From a virus (lineage: Duplodnaviria; Caudoviricetes): a DNA stretch of 35,035 nucleotides. Of the stretch, positions 26,668 to 35,024 are shown one piece after another. The translations under genes were made by a program, and so were the position numbers. The notes below the pieces were generated by a model that worked only from the letters and a program-made list of their open reading frames with translations, did not search any database and was not told the DNA's origin. Within the stretch, counting starts at the first letter, position 1; the number at the start of each line of letters is the position of its first letter. Where the stretch lies: positions 1 to 35,035 of IMG/VR virus record IMGVR_UViG_3300044771_000024, one strand, 5' to 3'.

Positions 26668-26696
26668 ACTTTATACAAACATTTAATGTTTGTCAA
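26668..26696 (-). promoter_or_regulatory. sigma70 promoter with perfect palindromic operator
   Basis: TTGACA-N17-TAAAGT; ACAAACATT-T-AATGTTTGT (26675-26693) spans the spacer; ATG 6 nt after the -10 box (leaderless). Confidence 0.75.
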
Positions 26697-26990
26697 GTGT
26701 TTTTTAGGGCCCTTTGTCTTTTTTTCTTTCTCTTTTAAGTTAACTATGTTAACGGCTGTTTACATAACGAGTTTACAGATTTTACATTTTGTAAGTCCTT
26801 GTTTTTCTTACGATATTCCTGCATATATTGTGTCATGTAAAGCCCATGGAGGAGGTTGCCCTGTGGCCCCTACTCCCCGAATTCTGCTGGTTACGCCTTC
26901 CAGCGACATCATAGGGCTCTTCGGAAGATGCTTCCTCGTGAGGTGTCCGCATACTTATTCTATCCTCGAAGTTTTTCGTTGTCTTCATAT

Positions 26991-27287
26991 TCACATCAGC
27001 GTATCTTTCTTTAATAGCTTTGCAATTTCACTACAGCAACGGTATTCCGCCCACACAAGAGCGGTCTCGCCATAATTGTTTTGCACATCTATATTAGCAC
27101 CCTTGTCTATCAAGAGCCTTGCAGTTTCGATGTAGTCATAGTATGTAGCCCACATCAGAGCCGTCCATCCAGTGTCATCTACTGCATTTACATCAGCACC
27201 CTCTTTTATTAAGCCCTTGATATTGTCAACAAGCTCGATATCATCATCGAAATAGAAAATAGCCTCAATGATGATTGGTTCTTTCAC
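26991..27287 (-). CDS. Ankyrin-repeat protein 5 (outside the array)
   Basis: GADVNAVDDTGWTALMWA, GANIDVQNNYGETAL. Confidence 0.88.
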   Translation of the reverse strand: MKEPIIIEAIFYFDDDIELVDNIKGLIKEGADVNAVDDTGWTALMWATYYDYIETARLLIDKGANIDVQNNYGETALVWAEYRCCSEIAKLLKKDTLM

Positions 27288-27577
27288 CTATCCCTCCTAA
27301 AATCTAAGTTTGAGTCTCTAATACATTGAAGCAGAACTTCCGAAAGTGTATTTATCTGAAAATGTTTTAGGTTTAATTGGTATAGGCTGTTAACAGCTTC
27401 GATAATCTCATGGAGCAAACATTCGGCTTGTTTGCTTTCTGAAGTTCCATCTTTTCTAATTGTTATTAATTGATACCAATTATGATAGGAAGCAGAGCCC
27501 TCTGTGTTCTTGCCATCCGATACCATTCTTACTTCAATCCAATGCGCTCCTATCTTTATCCTCTTTGGTATCTTCAT
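27284..27577 (-). CDS. Phage metallopeptidase-like small protein
   Basis: MKIPKRIKIG...LLHEIIEA (HExxE variant). Confidence 0.55.
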   Translation of the reverse strand: MKIPKRIKIGAHWIEVRMVSDGKNTEGSASYHNWYQLITIRKDGTSESKQAECLLHEIIEAVNSLYQLNLKHFQINTLSEVLLQCIRDSNLDFRRDR

Positions 27578-27813
27578 TTCGCCCCTTTTAATGTCTTGGT
27601 ATATCTGCCTTTTTTCTTAATCGGCTCTTCTCTATAGTCCCATGGAGGCACATTTATCTCTTCACAACAGATGGTCTCAAGGTGTCTTGTTGTGCGATGT
27701 ATCGTAGCAAAGGCGTAAAACTCTATACTCCCATCGTCGTCAACATGAGCCCAAAGCCTCTCGTCGGGGGCTAAATCATGTCTGTCTCTAAAGCTCTCAA
27801 CTGGTTTTATCAT
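27574..27813 (-). CDS. Hypothetical protein
   Basis: ATG 27813 with GGGGAGG RBS. Confidence 0.55.
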   Translation of the reverse strand: MIKPVESFRDRHDLAPDERLWAHVDDDGSIEFYAFATIHRTTRHLETICCEEINVPPWDYREEPIKKKGRYTKTLKGAK

Positions 27814-28036
27814 TTGCCTCCCCTTCACAGGGGTCGGGAAGCCACTGATGCTGGGCATGCTTTTCCTCACAGCAGTCAACTACATAAAACTTGCCCTTAT
27901 ACTTTAGCTTTAAGGCTGTTCCGCTACCATGTGTCCATGTGGTGTATGAGATGTCTTTTTCTTTCAGCTTCTGAGCTAACAAGTTTAGAAGCCATAAACT
28001 GTAAGTTGTGATATCCTCGAAGCTTTCCGCATTCAT
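27797..28036 (-). CDS. Hypothetical protein
   Basis: ATGA-coupled; AGGAG RBS. Confidence 0.55.
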   Translation of the reverse strand: MNAESFEDITTYSLWLLNLLAQKLKEKDISYTTWTHGSGTALKLKYKGKFYVVDCCEEKHAQHQWLPDPCEGEANDKTS

Positions 28037-28848
28037 ACTTCAATTCTCCTTTCTACCGGCATACAATCATTGAAATACTTACATTTTGGGTTTTGGATTT
28101 TCTCAATAACCGCCTCGGTATAATTATGCCCCTTGCCTTTTGGGGAATTGAGATGCTTAGGCAATCGCCATGTCTGGGTATAAACCTTATCGCAAGTGAG
28201 GCATTTTGCCTTCGCAATAATATTATTTGACTCCTGATAACACATCCACTTAGGGCAATCGGGCAAGGCAGAATGGTCATTCGTTTGCAAGGCGAGATTA
28301 AAAAAACGCTTGATTTCAGAAAGCCTATTTCTTTCGTTTGCAAGCTCTTCGACATCGAAGTTCACCCTGTAGAATGCCAATTCAGGCTCGGTCTTAAAGA
28401 CATCTTCTTTCATGGGCTGAACAAGACATAGGACGCCGAGCCAGCCCTGCGTTTTGTCTTCCATAGCACAATATCCCCTAAGTTGATTGATATACCAGTC
28501 GTAGGTTTCAGCCTCGTTACCTTCTTTAGCAAGCATCCTCCGTCTTGTTTTAAATTCTATGGGGAAATTAAGGAATACATCGGGTGTATAGAGGATGCCA
28601 TTCCATTCCTTAGTCTCTCCATGCTGATAGCCGATGGAGTCGAGGAACGCTTGCTCATGTCCACGCCCGGCCGTCCAGTAAAGTAATTCCTTTTTGGTGG
28701 GATATTGAGGTTTGGTCTTTCGGAAAAATGCAAGTTTAGGTGTAAGCAAGTCCGTTAAGTGAATACCTTCCCGTGCTTCCTTGCCCCAGTTAGTTTGAGC
28801 TTCTTCTAAAGCCCATTCTTCAATGCTCTCGTCTCTAACTATTTTCAT
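28033..28848 (-). CDS. PD-(D/E)XK (Cas4/RecB-like) exonuclease with C-terminal Cys/His cluster
   Basis: GRGHE, YTPDV...IEFKT, QLRGY motifs; near the annealase gene. Confidence 0.7.
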   Translation of the reverse strand: MKIVRDESIEEWALEEAQTNWGKEAREGIHLTDLLTPKLAFFRKTKPQYPTKKELLYWTAGRGHEQAFLDSIGYQHGETKEWNGILYTPDVFLNFPIEFKTRRRMLAKEGNEAETYDWYINQLRGYCAMEDKTQGWLGVLCLVQPMKEDVFKTEPELAFYRVNFDVEELANERNRLSEIKRFFNLALQTNDHSALPDCPKWMCYQESNNIIAKAKCLTCDKVYTQTWRLPKHLNSPKGKGHNYTEAVIEKIQNPKCKYFNDCMPVERRIEV

Positions 28849-29195
28849 CTTTCTCCCCTCCGATATAGGCAAGGGTTTCCGATATGGGCATCCCCTTTGA
28901 GATGGGTATAGCCTCCGATATGGACATCCCCTTCGATATAGATATGGTCAAAAATACATGCCCTGTCGTAGATATGGGCACGACCCTTGATGTAGACATG
29001 ACCATAAATATAGGCATCCCCAGAGACACGGGCATTCTCACTAACACGGGCATTGTCAAAGACCCAGCACAAGCCCTCATGGGAGAGGTTATCTTCTTTC
29101 TCTACGAAACCTCCCACATCGCCCTCTTTGATATCGCCGAAACTTCTTGTAGCGACTATTCTGCCATCTTCCCGAATGAAATACTTTTTTCCCAT
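28845..29195 (-). CDS. Hexapeptide-repeat (left-handed beta-helix) protein
   Basis: GDVGGFVEKEDNLS followed by VFDNAR-VSENAR-VSGDAY-IYGHVY repeats. Confidence 0.75.
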   Translation of the reverse strand: MGKKYFIREDGRIVATRSFGDIKEGDVGGFVEKEDNLSHEGLCWVFDNARVSENARVSGDAYIYGHVYIKGRAHIYDRACIFDHIYIEGDVHIGGYTHLKGDAHIGNPCLYRRGER

Positions 29196-29206
29196 TTTCC
29201 CCCTCC

Positions 29207-29974
29207 TTAAAACGGTTCTTCTTCCGTTATTTCCTGTGGTGCTTCCTGCGGTGCTTCCTGTGGCACTTCCGTTGGCATATTCTTAAATTTACCGTAGGCT
29301 ACTCTTGCCTGACTATCGGACAGGTCTTTAAAGGACATTTTCCCCTGCACTTCCTTTCCGTCTTTACCTGTAAATGTAGTTAGGTCATAGAGCAGACTTG
29401 CCATTTCGTTCTTATCGCTTTGACAATGCGATTTCAGGGCTTGAAAGAGCTTGTCTTGTGCTTCCGTTAGGTTGGGATGGGTAGATGGTGAAGGTGGATA
29501 CGGTTCAGGGGAAGTTGTTTTTGCGTGCTGATATTTACTGCCTTCCATTTTTCCTTCATAAACATCAGCGCCCACCCCTAACTGCTTGAGGGCGTATGAG
29601 AGGGCATCGGTAATCGCCATTTTAAAGGCTTCGTCATTGGCGTGCAATCCCTTCGTTTCTTTTTCGACTAACATGGAGCCTCCAACACCCTCAATAGGCG
29701 CACTCCATTTTTGTTCCGCTAAATTACTTGTATCTCGGATATGAACTACAATGTAGGCAAAGGCAAACATTTGCCCCTCTGGGGCAGTTTCAGCCCAGAG
29801 TCTCTTAATTTCCCACTTCCAGCCAATGCCACAGACTCCAAAAGTCTCTGTCATTGCCCTTATTCGCCATTGTGGGTTAATATCAGTCTTGCCCGCTAAT
29901 CGCCCTCCTGTAATTTCCTTTAGGACATGCGGTGGCGGGGTGCAAAAACTATTCCAGATTTCCATGTTTGTCAT
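29207..29974 (-). CDS. Rad52/Rad22-like (Sak) single-strand annealing protein
   Basis: TDINPQWRI, FGVCGIGW, DEAFKMAITDAL...LGVGADVY. Confidence 0.85.
   Translation of the reverse strand: MTNMEIWNSFCTPPPHVLKEITGGRLAGKTDINPQWRIRAMTETFGVCGIGWKWEIKRLWAETAPEGQMFAFAYIVVHIRDTSNLAEQKWSAPIEGVGGSMLVEKETKGLHANDEAFKMAITDALSYALKQLGVGADVYEGKMEGSKYQHAKTTSPEPYPPSPSTHPNLTEAQDKLFQALKSHCQSDKNEMASLLYDLTTFTGKDGKEVQGKMSFKDLSDSQARVAYGKFKNMPTEVPQEAPQEAPQEITEEEPF
29231..29270. repeat. 12-bp tandem repeat encoding (EAPQ)n in the Sak tail
   Basis: TTCCTGTGGTGC TTCCTGCGGTGC TTCCTGTGGCAC. Confidence 0.8.
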
Positions 29975-29980
29975 TCTACT

Positions 29981-30394
29981 CTACCTCCAATTCTCATTTC
30001 TGTTTTTTGGTTTTGAAAACAATTCCCAAAATGCGGTCCTTGAGGTGCGCTCAAATTGCTCCCATGCAACTTTTAGGATGTCATCATGTTTATCCAACGC
30101 TTTCTCCGAGAGCATTAGAGCAGGATAAGGAGGCATCCCATAAGTTATTCTCCCTGCTTGTAGAGCATCTGCTATTTCACATGGGAAATTCACAGGAGAG
30201 GAAAAGTTGCTAAACTCTAAGTTCCTGCCTATCCTCTTGGAAATGCCATAATGAATACGGATGTCATCATGACCCCAAATGCCCTTGTTTGGTTCCGTGG
30301 CAGATAGCTTTTTGCCAGCTTTAGACATAAGGACCTTATCGGTTATGCAATAATACGCATTCCCAACTTGAATTGCATTAATGAAATTACCCAT
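29981..30394 (-). CDS. Hypothetical early protein
   Basis: ATG 30394 (MGNFINA) with GAGGAGG RBS; the track start lies inside the promoter. Confidence 0.65.
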   Translation of the reverse strand: MGNFINAIQVGNAYYCITDKVLMSKAGKKLSATEPNKGIWGHDDIRIHYGISKRIGRNLEFSNFSSPVNFPCEIADALQAGRITYGMPPYPALMLSEKALDKHDDILKVAWEQFERTSRTAFWELFSKPKNRNENWR

Positions 30395-30436
30395 TTGTTC
30401 CTCCTCACTTTGTTGTTTGTTTCCCTCCTCGCCACC

Positions 30437-30465
30437 AGCATATAACACATTATGCCCCCTGTCAA
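30437..30465 (-). promoter_or_regulatory. Leftward sigma70 promoter
   Basis: TTGACA-N17-TATGCT. Confidence 0.65.
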
Positions 30466-30522
30466 GGTAATTGTTTTAATAGGGCTATAAAATCTTCAAA
30501 TAGCTGTTTATCGCTTTTTTTC

Positions 30523-30551
30523 TTGACAAGGATTTATAACTGTAGTATCGT
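30523..30551 (+). promoter_or_regulatory. Rightward sigma70 promoter
   Basis: TTGACA-N17-TATCGT; divergent from the leftward promoter. Confidence 0.55.
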
Positions 30552-30559
30552 ATTGCATC

Positions 30560-30736
30560 ATGTCCTTATTGAAAGAGAGGATAAAGCCTACCGAATGTAA
30601 ACTCGTTCAAAGCGGTGGACATGACTATTGCTCACAAGAGCAAATAGACAATCCTTCACTCAATACCTGCATGGCTTGCAAGGCAAGAGGATTAACTCAA
30701 GCCTGTCAGCAATGGGAGTTCTTAATCAAACAATAA
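30560..30736 (+). CDS. Small Cys-rich hypothetical protein (58 aa)
   Basis: MSLLKERIKPTECKLVQSGGHDYC...CMAC...; starts just after the rightward promoter. Confidence 0.45.
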   Translation: MSLLKERIKPTECKLVQSGGHDYCSQEQIDNPSLNTCMACKARGLTQACQQWEFLIKQ

Positions 30737-30740
30737 GCAC

Positions 30741-31142
30741 ATGATGAGAAGCCGATTAACAGATAGACAGCGACTTAAAAGACAATGCGATAAGCTCTGG
30801 AGTCAGGCTATCAAGTCGAAATACGATAACCAATGCGTTATCTGTGGGAAGCTTGGCAAATTCGCCCATCACATATTCGCCAAAAGGTGTGGAATGAGAG
30901 TGCGATATGACCTGCGTAACGGCGTGTGTCTATGTGGCTATCACCACCTTTGGGGCGTGCATACAGACCCCGAGAGATACAGAGATAAGATTATTGAGGT
31001 CATAGGTCAAAAGACTTACGATAGCTTAAAGGCAAAGGCATTAATGTCCTTAAAGGTAAGTGCGGAGGATTTGAAATTAACGAAAATCCTCTTGGAGCGT
31101 GAACTAAAACTGTCAAGTGCAGTTGACATTGAAAGGAGGTAA
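30741..31142 (+). CDS. NinG/Rap-like HNH recombination endonuclease
   Basis: DKLWSQAIK, CVICG, AHH, RYDLRNGVCLC..HH. Confidence 0.75.
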   Translation: MMRSRLTDRQRLKRQCDKLWSQAIKSKYDNQCVICGKLGKFAHHIFAKRCGMRVRYDLRNGVCLCGYHHLWGVHTDPERYRDKIIEVIGQKTYDSLKAKALMSLKVSAEDLKLTKILLERELKLSSAVDIERR

Positions 31143-31144
31143 AC

Positions 31145-31372
31145 ATGAGAGCTATTCTTAGGTGCTGGACAGATACGGGATTCAGTGTCTCGCCAAAAAA
31201 AGGAATAAAAAAATACTGGGCAACGGTAAGACCTTTCGAGGGCGGTTTCTTGACTTTCTGTTATGATACAGACTTGTTCGACACGGTAGAGAAAGCTAAG
31301 GCAGATTGTCGAGCATTCGCCAAATGGAAGGGCAAGAAAATACGAAAGTATTACTATGAAGACACAAAATAA
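31145..31372 (+). CDS. Hypothetical protein
   Basis: AGGAGGT RBS. Confidence 0.6.
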   Translation: MRAILRCWTDTGFSVSPKKGIKKYWATVRPFEGGFLTFCYDTDLFDTVEKAKADCRAFAKWKGKKIRKYYYEDTK

Positions 31373-31853
31373 AAAAGCTATAACTCTTAAAAACAAGGCG
31401 GATAGACTGCACCAGTTATTAACCGAGATTAAACAATTCCAAAAGGTGGCATCATTGAGTATCTTCGAGCTTGGCAAAAGGTGGAAGGAAATCCATGATG
31501 ATAAGCTATGGAAGGTAGGAACTGAGGCTAAGTCGTTCAGAGAATTCTGCCACAAAGAAGCTAAGGTGTCCCATGCAACGGCATATAATTGCATAAGGAT
31601 ATATGATGTTTTTTCCCCTTACATCGGTGAAGGCAATGTTCCGCCTGAAAACAGGCTCGTTAAGGCACTTCCTTATATTACAGAGAAAAAGACAGCCGAA
31701 ATATGGTATCACGAAGCATTAGCCTTGACTCATTCGGACTATGAGGACAGTTTAAAAGAAGCTAAGGGAGGGATTATGCAGGTAGACTGTCCCCATGAAA
31801 ATATGGAACGCTATGACAGATGTATAGTGTGTGGAAAGTTCTTTAAAATTTAA
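31356..31853 (+). CDS. DUF3102-like helical DNA-binding protein with C-terminal Zn-ribbon
   Basis: ELGKRWKEI...SFREFC...SHATAYNCI; CPH...CIVC. Confidence 0.5.
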   Translation: MKTQNKKAITLKNKADRLHQLLTEIKQFQKVASLSIFELGKRWKEIHDDKLWKVGTEAKSFREFCHKEAKVSHATAYNCIRIYDVFSPYIGEGNVPPENRLVKALPYITEKKTAEIWYHEALALTHSDYEDSLKEAKGGIMQVDCPHENMERYDRCIVCGKFFKI

Positions 31854-31863
31854 GGAGGAAAAA

Positions 31864-32139
31864 ATGAATGGCACAGTGCAGAAGATTGAGACCTTAGCAG
31901 ATTTAATTAAATTATCTGTCTATGTATCAAAAGACAGATTTGCCGAATGTATTCCACTGGTTAATGCAGAAGTGGATATTTATCCTGCTAATCAAGACCA
32001 TGCCCCTATCACGATTATCGAAATCCAAAATAAGTTACAGCTAATCGGGGCTCTTTTACAGGACTTGAAAAACGATATAAGAATTGTTATTGCTTCCCCT
32101 CCGTGTGAGGTTACAGGCTCTACTTCCTCTGTCCCTTAA
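31864..32139 (+). CDS. Hypothetical protein
   Basis: ATG 31864 with AAGGAGG RBS. Confidence 0.6.
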   Translation: MNGTVQKIETLADLIKLSVYVSKDRFAECIPLVNAEVDIYPANQDHAPITIIEIQNKLQLIGALLQDLKNDIRIVIASPPCEVTGSTSSVP

Positions 32140-32255
32140 TCAGCAAATATTGCTTCAATTATTAACAACGGGCATCCTGCCCTGTCAGCTTGCTACGGGG
32201 TAGTTACAGCTAATAGAAGTTATTCTACAGGACTTGAAAAAAGATATAGGAACTG

Positions 32256-32510
32256 TCATCGTTCCCCATGCCTGACAAGTTTCCCGAATTGAGCATTAAA
32301 TCTCTTACTATGCAATAGAGAAAATTTTCGTCTTGTCTCTTCTAATATTCTTTGTTCCTCTTTACTTGCCTTACTATACCTGTTAAAATAAACTTTTGCA
32401 CTGTCCTCGGGTGGTAACTGCATTAGACCAACCCAGTAGCGTTTTTCGGAAATGTCTCCTTGCTGGGTTTGTTTTTTAACCCTACCTTTTAATCGTTGCC
32501 GATGTTCTTG
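32256..32510 (-). pseudogene. 5'-truncated gene fragment flanked by two duplicated gene ends
   Basis: Open frame QEHRQRLKGRV...PPEDSAKVYFNRYSKASKEEQRILE...GER*; only an internal ATG at 32423. Confidence 0.4.
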
Positions 32511-32575
32511 TGGAGCGCTATGACAGGTGTATAGCCTGTGGGAAGTTTTTGAAGGGTTAGCTATTAAAAATCTTA

Positions 32576-32932
32576 CTATATAGTGATAAGCACCGTTATG
32601 ACACCAGTTAAAAATCCTGTAGTAGTTATTTTGAGTCCGTTAGTAATTTCCCTGCCAAAGTCGTATGTTCCACCCTGGTCAAGGTCAAAGGGCGATGTCT
32701 GCGATGGAAGCCCTGTAACGGCATTACCGTTATTGTCTTCAAAATAAAAGGTAGCACCGTCTATCCGCCTGCCTATGCTGACACGCTGTAGAACACCAAT
32801 GCTGGTTATAACTACCTGTGCATTGATGTTCCCCGCTATCGGCGCTATGCCTCCGTTAGCAATCCTGCCAATGGCAATGCCTGCGGAGTCTGTCATCTGT
32901 GGCTGACTTAGTAAGGTATGGGGTGTTGACAT
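32576..32932 (-). CDS. Hypothetical beta-rich protein (possible virion protein)
   Basis: GAGGAG RBS; last gene of the late arm. Confidence 0.6.
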   Translation of the reverse strand: MSTPHTLLSQPQMTDSAGIAIGRIANGGIAPIAGNINAQVVITSIGVLQRVSIGRRIDGATFYFEDNNGNAVTGLPSQTSPFDLDQGGTYDFGREITNGLKITTTGFLTGVITVLITI

Positions 32933-32933
32933 T

Positions 32934-33191
32934 TTAACTGCTCCTCATAGTGGGATTACCGCTTATACGAGGCGGTTTTGAAAGGTCTGGTTGACCTGCC
33001 ATAGTCGGATAGTAAGCTACCCTCACAAACCGAGAATAAATCCCCCAGATTGCAAGTCCTAATCCAAGCGTTGTGCTACCGATAAGGGCATAAACTGTCA
33101 GGCGTTCAAGACATGCAAAAACAATCCAGCCAAGACCCGAAAGCCCTACCAGCCACGCTCCAACAATGGTTTTTTTGCCGTGGATATTCAT
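32934..33191 (-). CDS. Two-TM membrane protein (holin-like)
   Basis: GKKT-start and two hydrophobic helices. Confidence 0.55.
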   Translation of the reverse strand: MNIHGKKTIVGAWLVGLSGLGWIVFACLERLTVYALIGSTTLGLGLAIWGIYSRFVRVAYYPTMAGQPDLSKPPRISGNPTMRSS

Positions 33192-34372
33192 TAAAACCCT
33201 CCCATTAATGGCACTTTATAAGTGCCTGAATTCTCAATTCCACCTGCTCCATAGCCAATGCCTGATTTTACATTACGGGGTATAGGTAAAACAATATTGC
33301 CAAGCGTTGTGCTTATTGTTACACCATTGCGTATATCCGAGGCATTGGCTATTACACTACCACCACCAATAAAGTTTCCTATAATCGGTCTGCCTATTTC
33401 CTGCCTATCAATTCCATTAGAATTGAGCTTAAAATCTGCCTGTCCTTTCCAAAAAGTTATGGAAGATGTATTAAGAAAATAATATAATCTATTTGCTGTA
33501 TCAGGAGTTGTGCCATTCAGTCCTGTAGCATTTAGCCATGAACTCCATGAAACAGCATTTAAATCGCAAGCCGTGTTGCAGGTTCTGTATCGTGCTTGTA
33601 TTGAAGTTACAGAACTAACTGTTTGGGAAGGAAATAAAAAAAATTGATTAGCAATCATAGTTTGAGAACTACCTAAATCCACCTGAAGGAGCGTTGCAGT
33701 GGGGCCGTCTGAGGGATATGGGAACATCATTTCTATTTGACCTATTGATAAAAAGTTAGTGTCGCCATTGTTAGCAGTTATATTTATCCTGTAGTAACGG
33801 TATGCGGTTGAATTACTAAAAGCATAAGCCTTATAAACCCCTACCGTCCAATTGGATACATTTGTTTGGGTATCAAGAGTTATCCAATCTACATTATTAT
33901 TGGAGCCTTCAAAAGTCCAATTTTTAGGGGCACGAGCCGCACCAGTCGCAACATCCCAGTGAGGGGCCATCTTATAGTAATTCACTATTGTCTCATTACC
34001 TACACCCCTATCTATCTTTATCCAGCCTGTGAGAGTAAACTGTGCTGTGTGCCAGGGATAAGCATCTAAGACATAAGCATCATGAAAAGCGTGCCAAGGT
34101 CGGCGCAGGTCATCAAGGTATGTAGATGCCGATGTTACATAAGGCGAGGGTGTAGTATCAGAAGTCATAGCAGGGTTGACATCGACAAGACTACCATTTA
34201 CTAACTCCACCTTCTGCTTACCCTCGGCAGAGACATATTTTATAGAACTGGAATTACTGAAAGTAGTATTGTCAAGGCTCACATTAATTTCAAGAGCCTC
34301 GCACCATAATCCCCATGAGATACCTACCAAGACAGCTAATAGCGATAATCCTATTCTACGGATTATTTGCAT
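33191..34372 (-). CDS. Discoidin (F5/8 type C) domain protein with signal peptide; fibre/adhesin-like
   Basis: APKNWTFEGSNN...WITLD and TAYRYYRINIT motifs; N-terminal hydrophobic signal ending CEA. Confidence 0.75.
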   Translation of the reverse strand: MQIIRRIGLSLLAVLVGISWGLWCEALEINVSLDNTTFSNSSSIKYVSAEGKQKVELVNGSLVDVNPAMTSDTTPSPYVTSASTYLDDLRRPWHAFHDAYVLDAYPWHTAQFTLTGWIKIDRGVGNETIVNYYKMAPHWDVATGAARAPKNWTFEGSNNNVDWITLDTQTNVSNWTVGVYKAYAFSNSTAYRYYRINITANNGDTNFLSIGQIEMMFPYPSDGPTATLLQVDLGSSQTMIANQFFLFPSQTVSSVTSIQARYRTCNTACDLNAVSWSSWLNATGLNGTTPDTANRLYYFLNTSSITFWKGQADFKLNSNGIDRQEIGRPIIGNFIGGGSVIANASDIRNGVTISTTLGNIVLPIPRNVKSGIGYGAGGIENSGTYKVPLMGGF

Positions 34373-34719
34373 ACTGGTAAATCACTCCGCAGAACATTAA
34401 GTTGATTAGATGCTTTAACACATGTATCTATGACTCCGTTGATAATACTTGCTTGCTTATAATCGGCTGTATTCTCTAAGTCGAGACTGTTTGTGAAGGC
34501 ATATTTGTTTATCTCGGCATAGCTAAAAGTCGAGGGGTTTTTACCCGAAATTACCTGTAAATCGCTACAATACTGAAATGTCGTATTTGTAATGGTATTA
34601 AGTTTCGCAATGAAACCACAAGCACTTTTAAGTGCTTCTATCTGAGTTAATTGTATATCCTCAGCATAGGCAACACCAAGACTTACTAAAACCACCAAAA
34701 CTACTATTAAAGTTTTCAT
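34363..34719 (-). CDS. Secreted small protein (signal peptide AYA-cleavage, several Cys)
   Basis: MKTLIVVLVVLVSLGVAYA|ED. Confidence 0.65.
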   Translation of the reverse strand: MKTLIVVLVVLVSLGVAYAEDIQLTQIEALKSACGFIAKLNTITNTTFQYCSDLQVISGKNPSTFSYAEINKYAFTNSLDLENTADYKQASIINGVIDTCVKASNQLNVLRSDLPVCK

Positions 34720-35024
34720 TCGATTTTTCCTCCCTGTAAACTTATATAATCCTCAAGAGTGAGGATATATGTGATTATTGCCCTATGGTCTGTTTTTGAT
34801 ATGGTATAAAATTTCATTCCTTTCTCGATAGCTCTGGGTCGTTTCTCTGGTATAAAGATAAGGATTTCCTTACCAGCAGGTGTATTAATAAAAGCAGATA
34901 CACTGTTTAAAAAACCGTATTCAAAGCTCGGTCTCTTGAGGGTTGCTGTTGGTGTCTTGCACCCGAAAAGGGTAATTAGCATCAGCCCCAAGAGACTCAA
35001 TATGACGCTTCTGTATATCTGCAT
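34716..35024 (-). CDS. Lipoprotein, putative outer-membrane spanin (Rz1-like)
   Basis: Lipobox LFGC after a hydrophobic core; overlaps an open frame ending at 34921 that could be the i-spanin C-terminus. Confidence 0.55.
   Translation of the reverse strand: MQIYRSVILSLLGLMLITLFGCKTPTATLKRPSFEYGFLNSVSAFINTPAGKEILIFIPEKRPRAIEKGMKFYTISKTDHRAIITYILTLEDYISLQGGKIE

Noticed and set aside
31804-32560. Diversity-generating retroelement TR/VR pairs (also considered for the ankyrin repeats)
   Set aside because: Mismatches are not adenine-specific, many are synonymous, and no reverse transcriptase is encoded.
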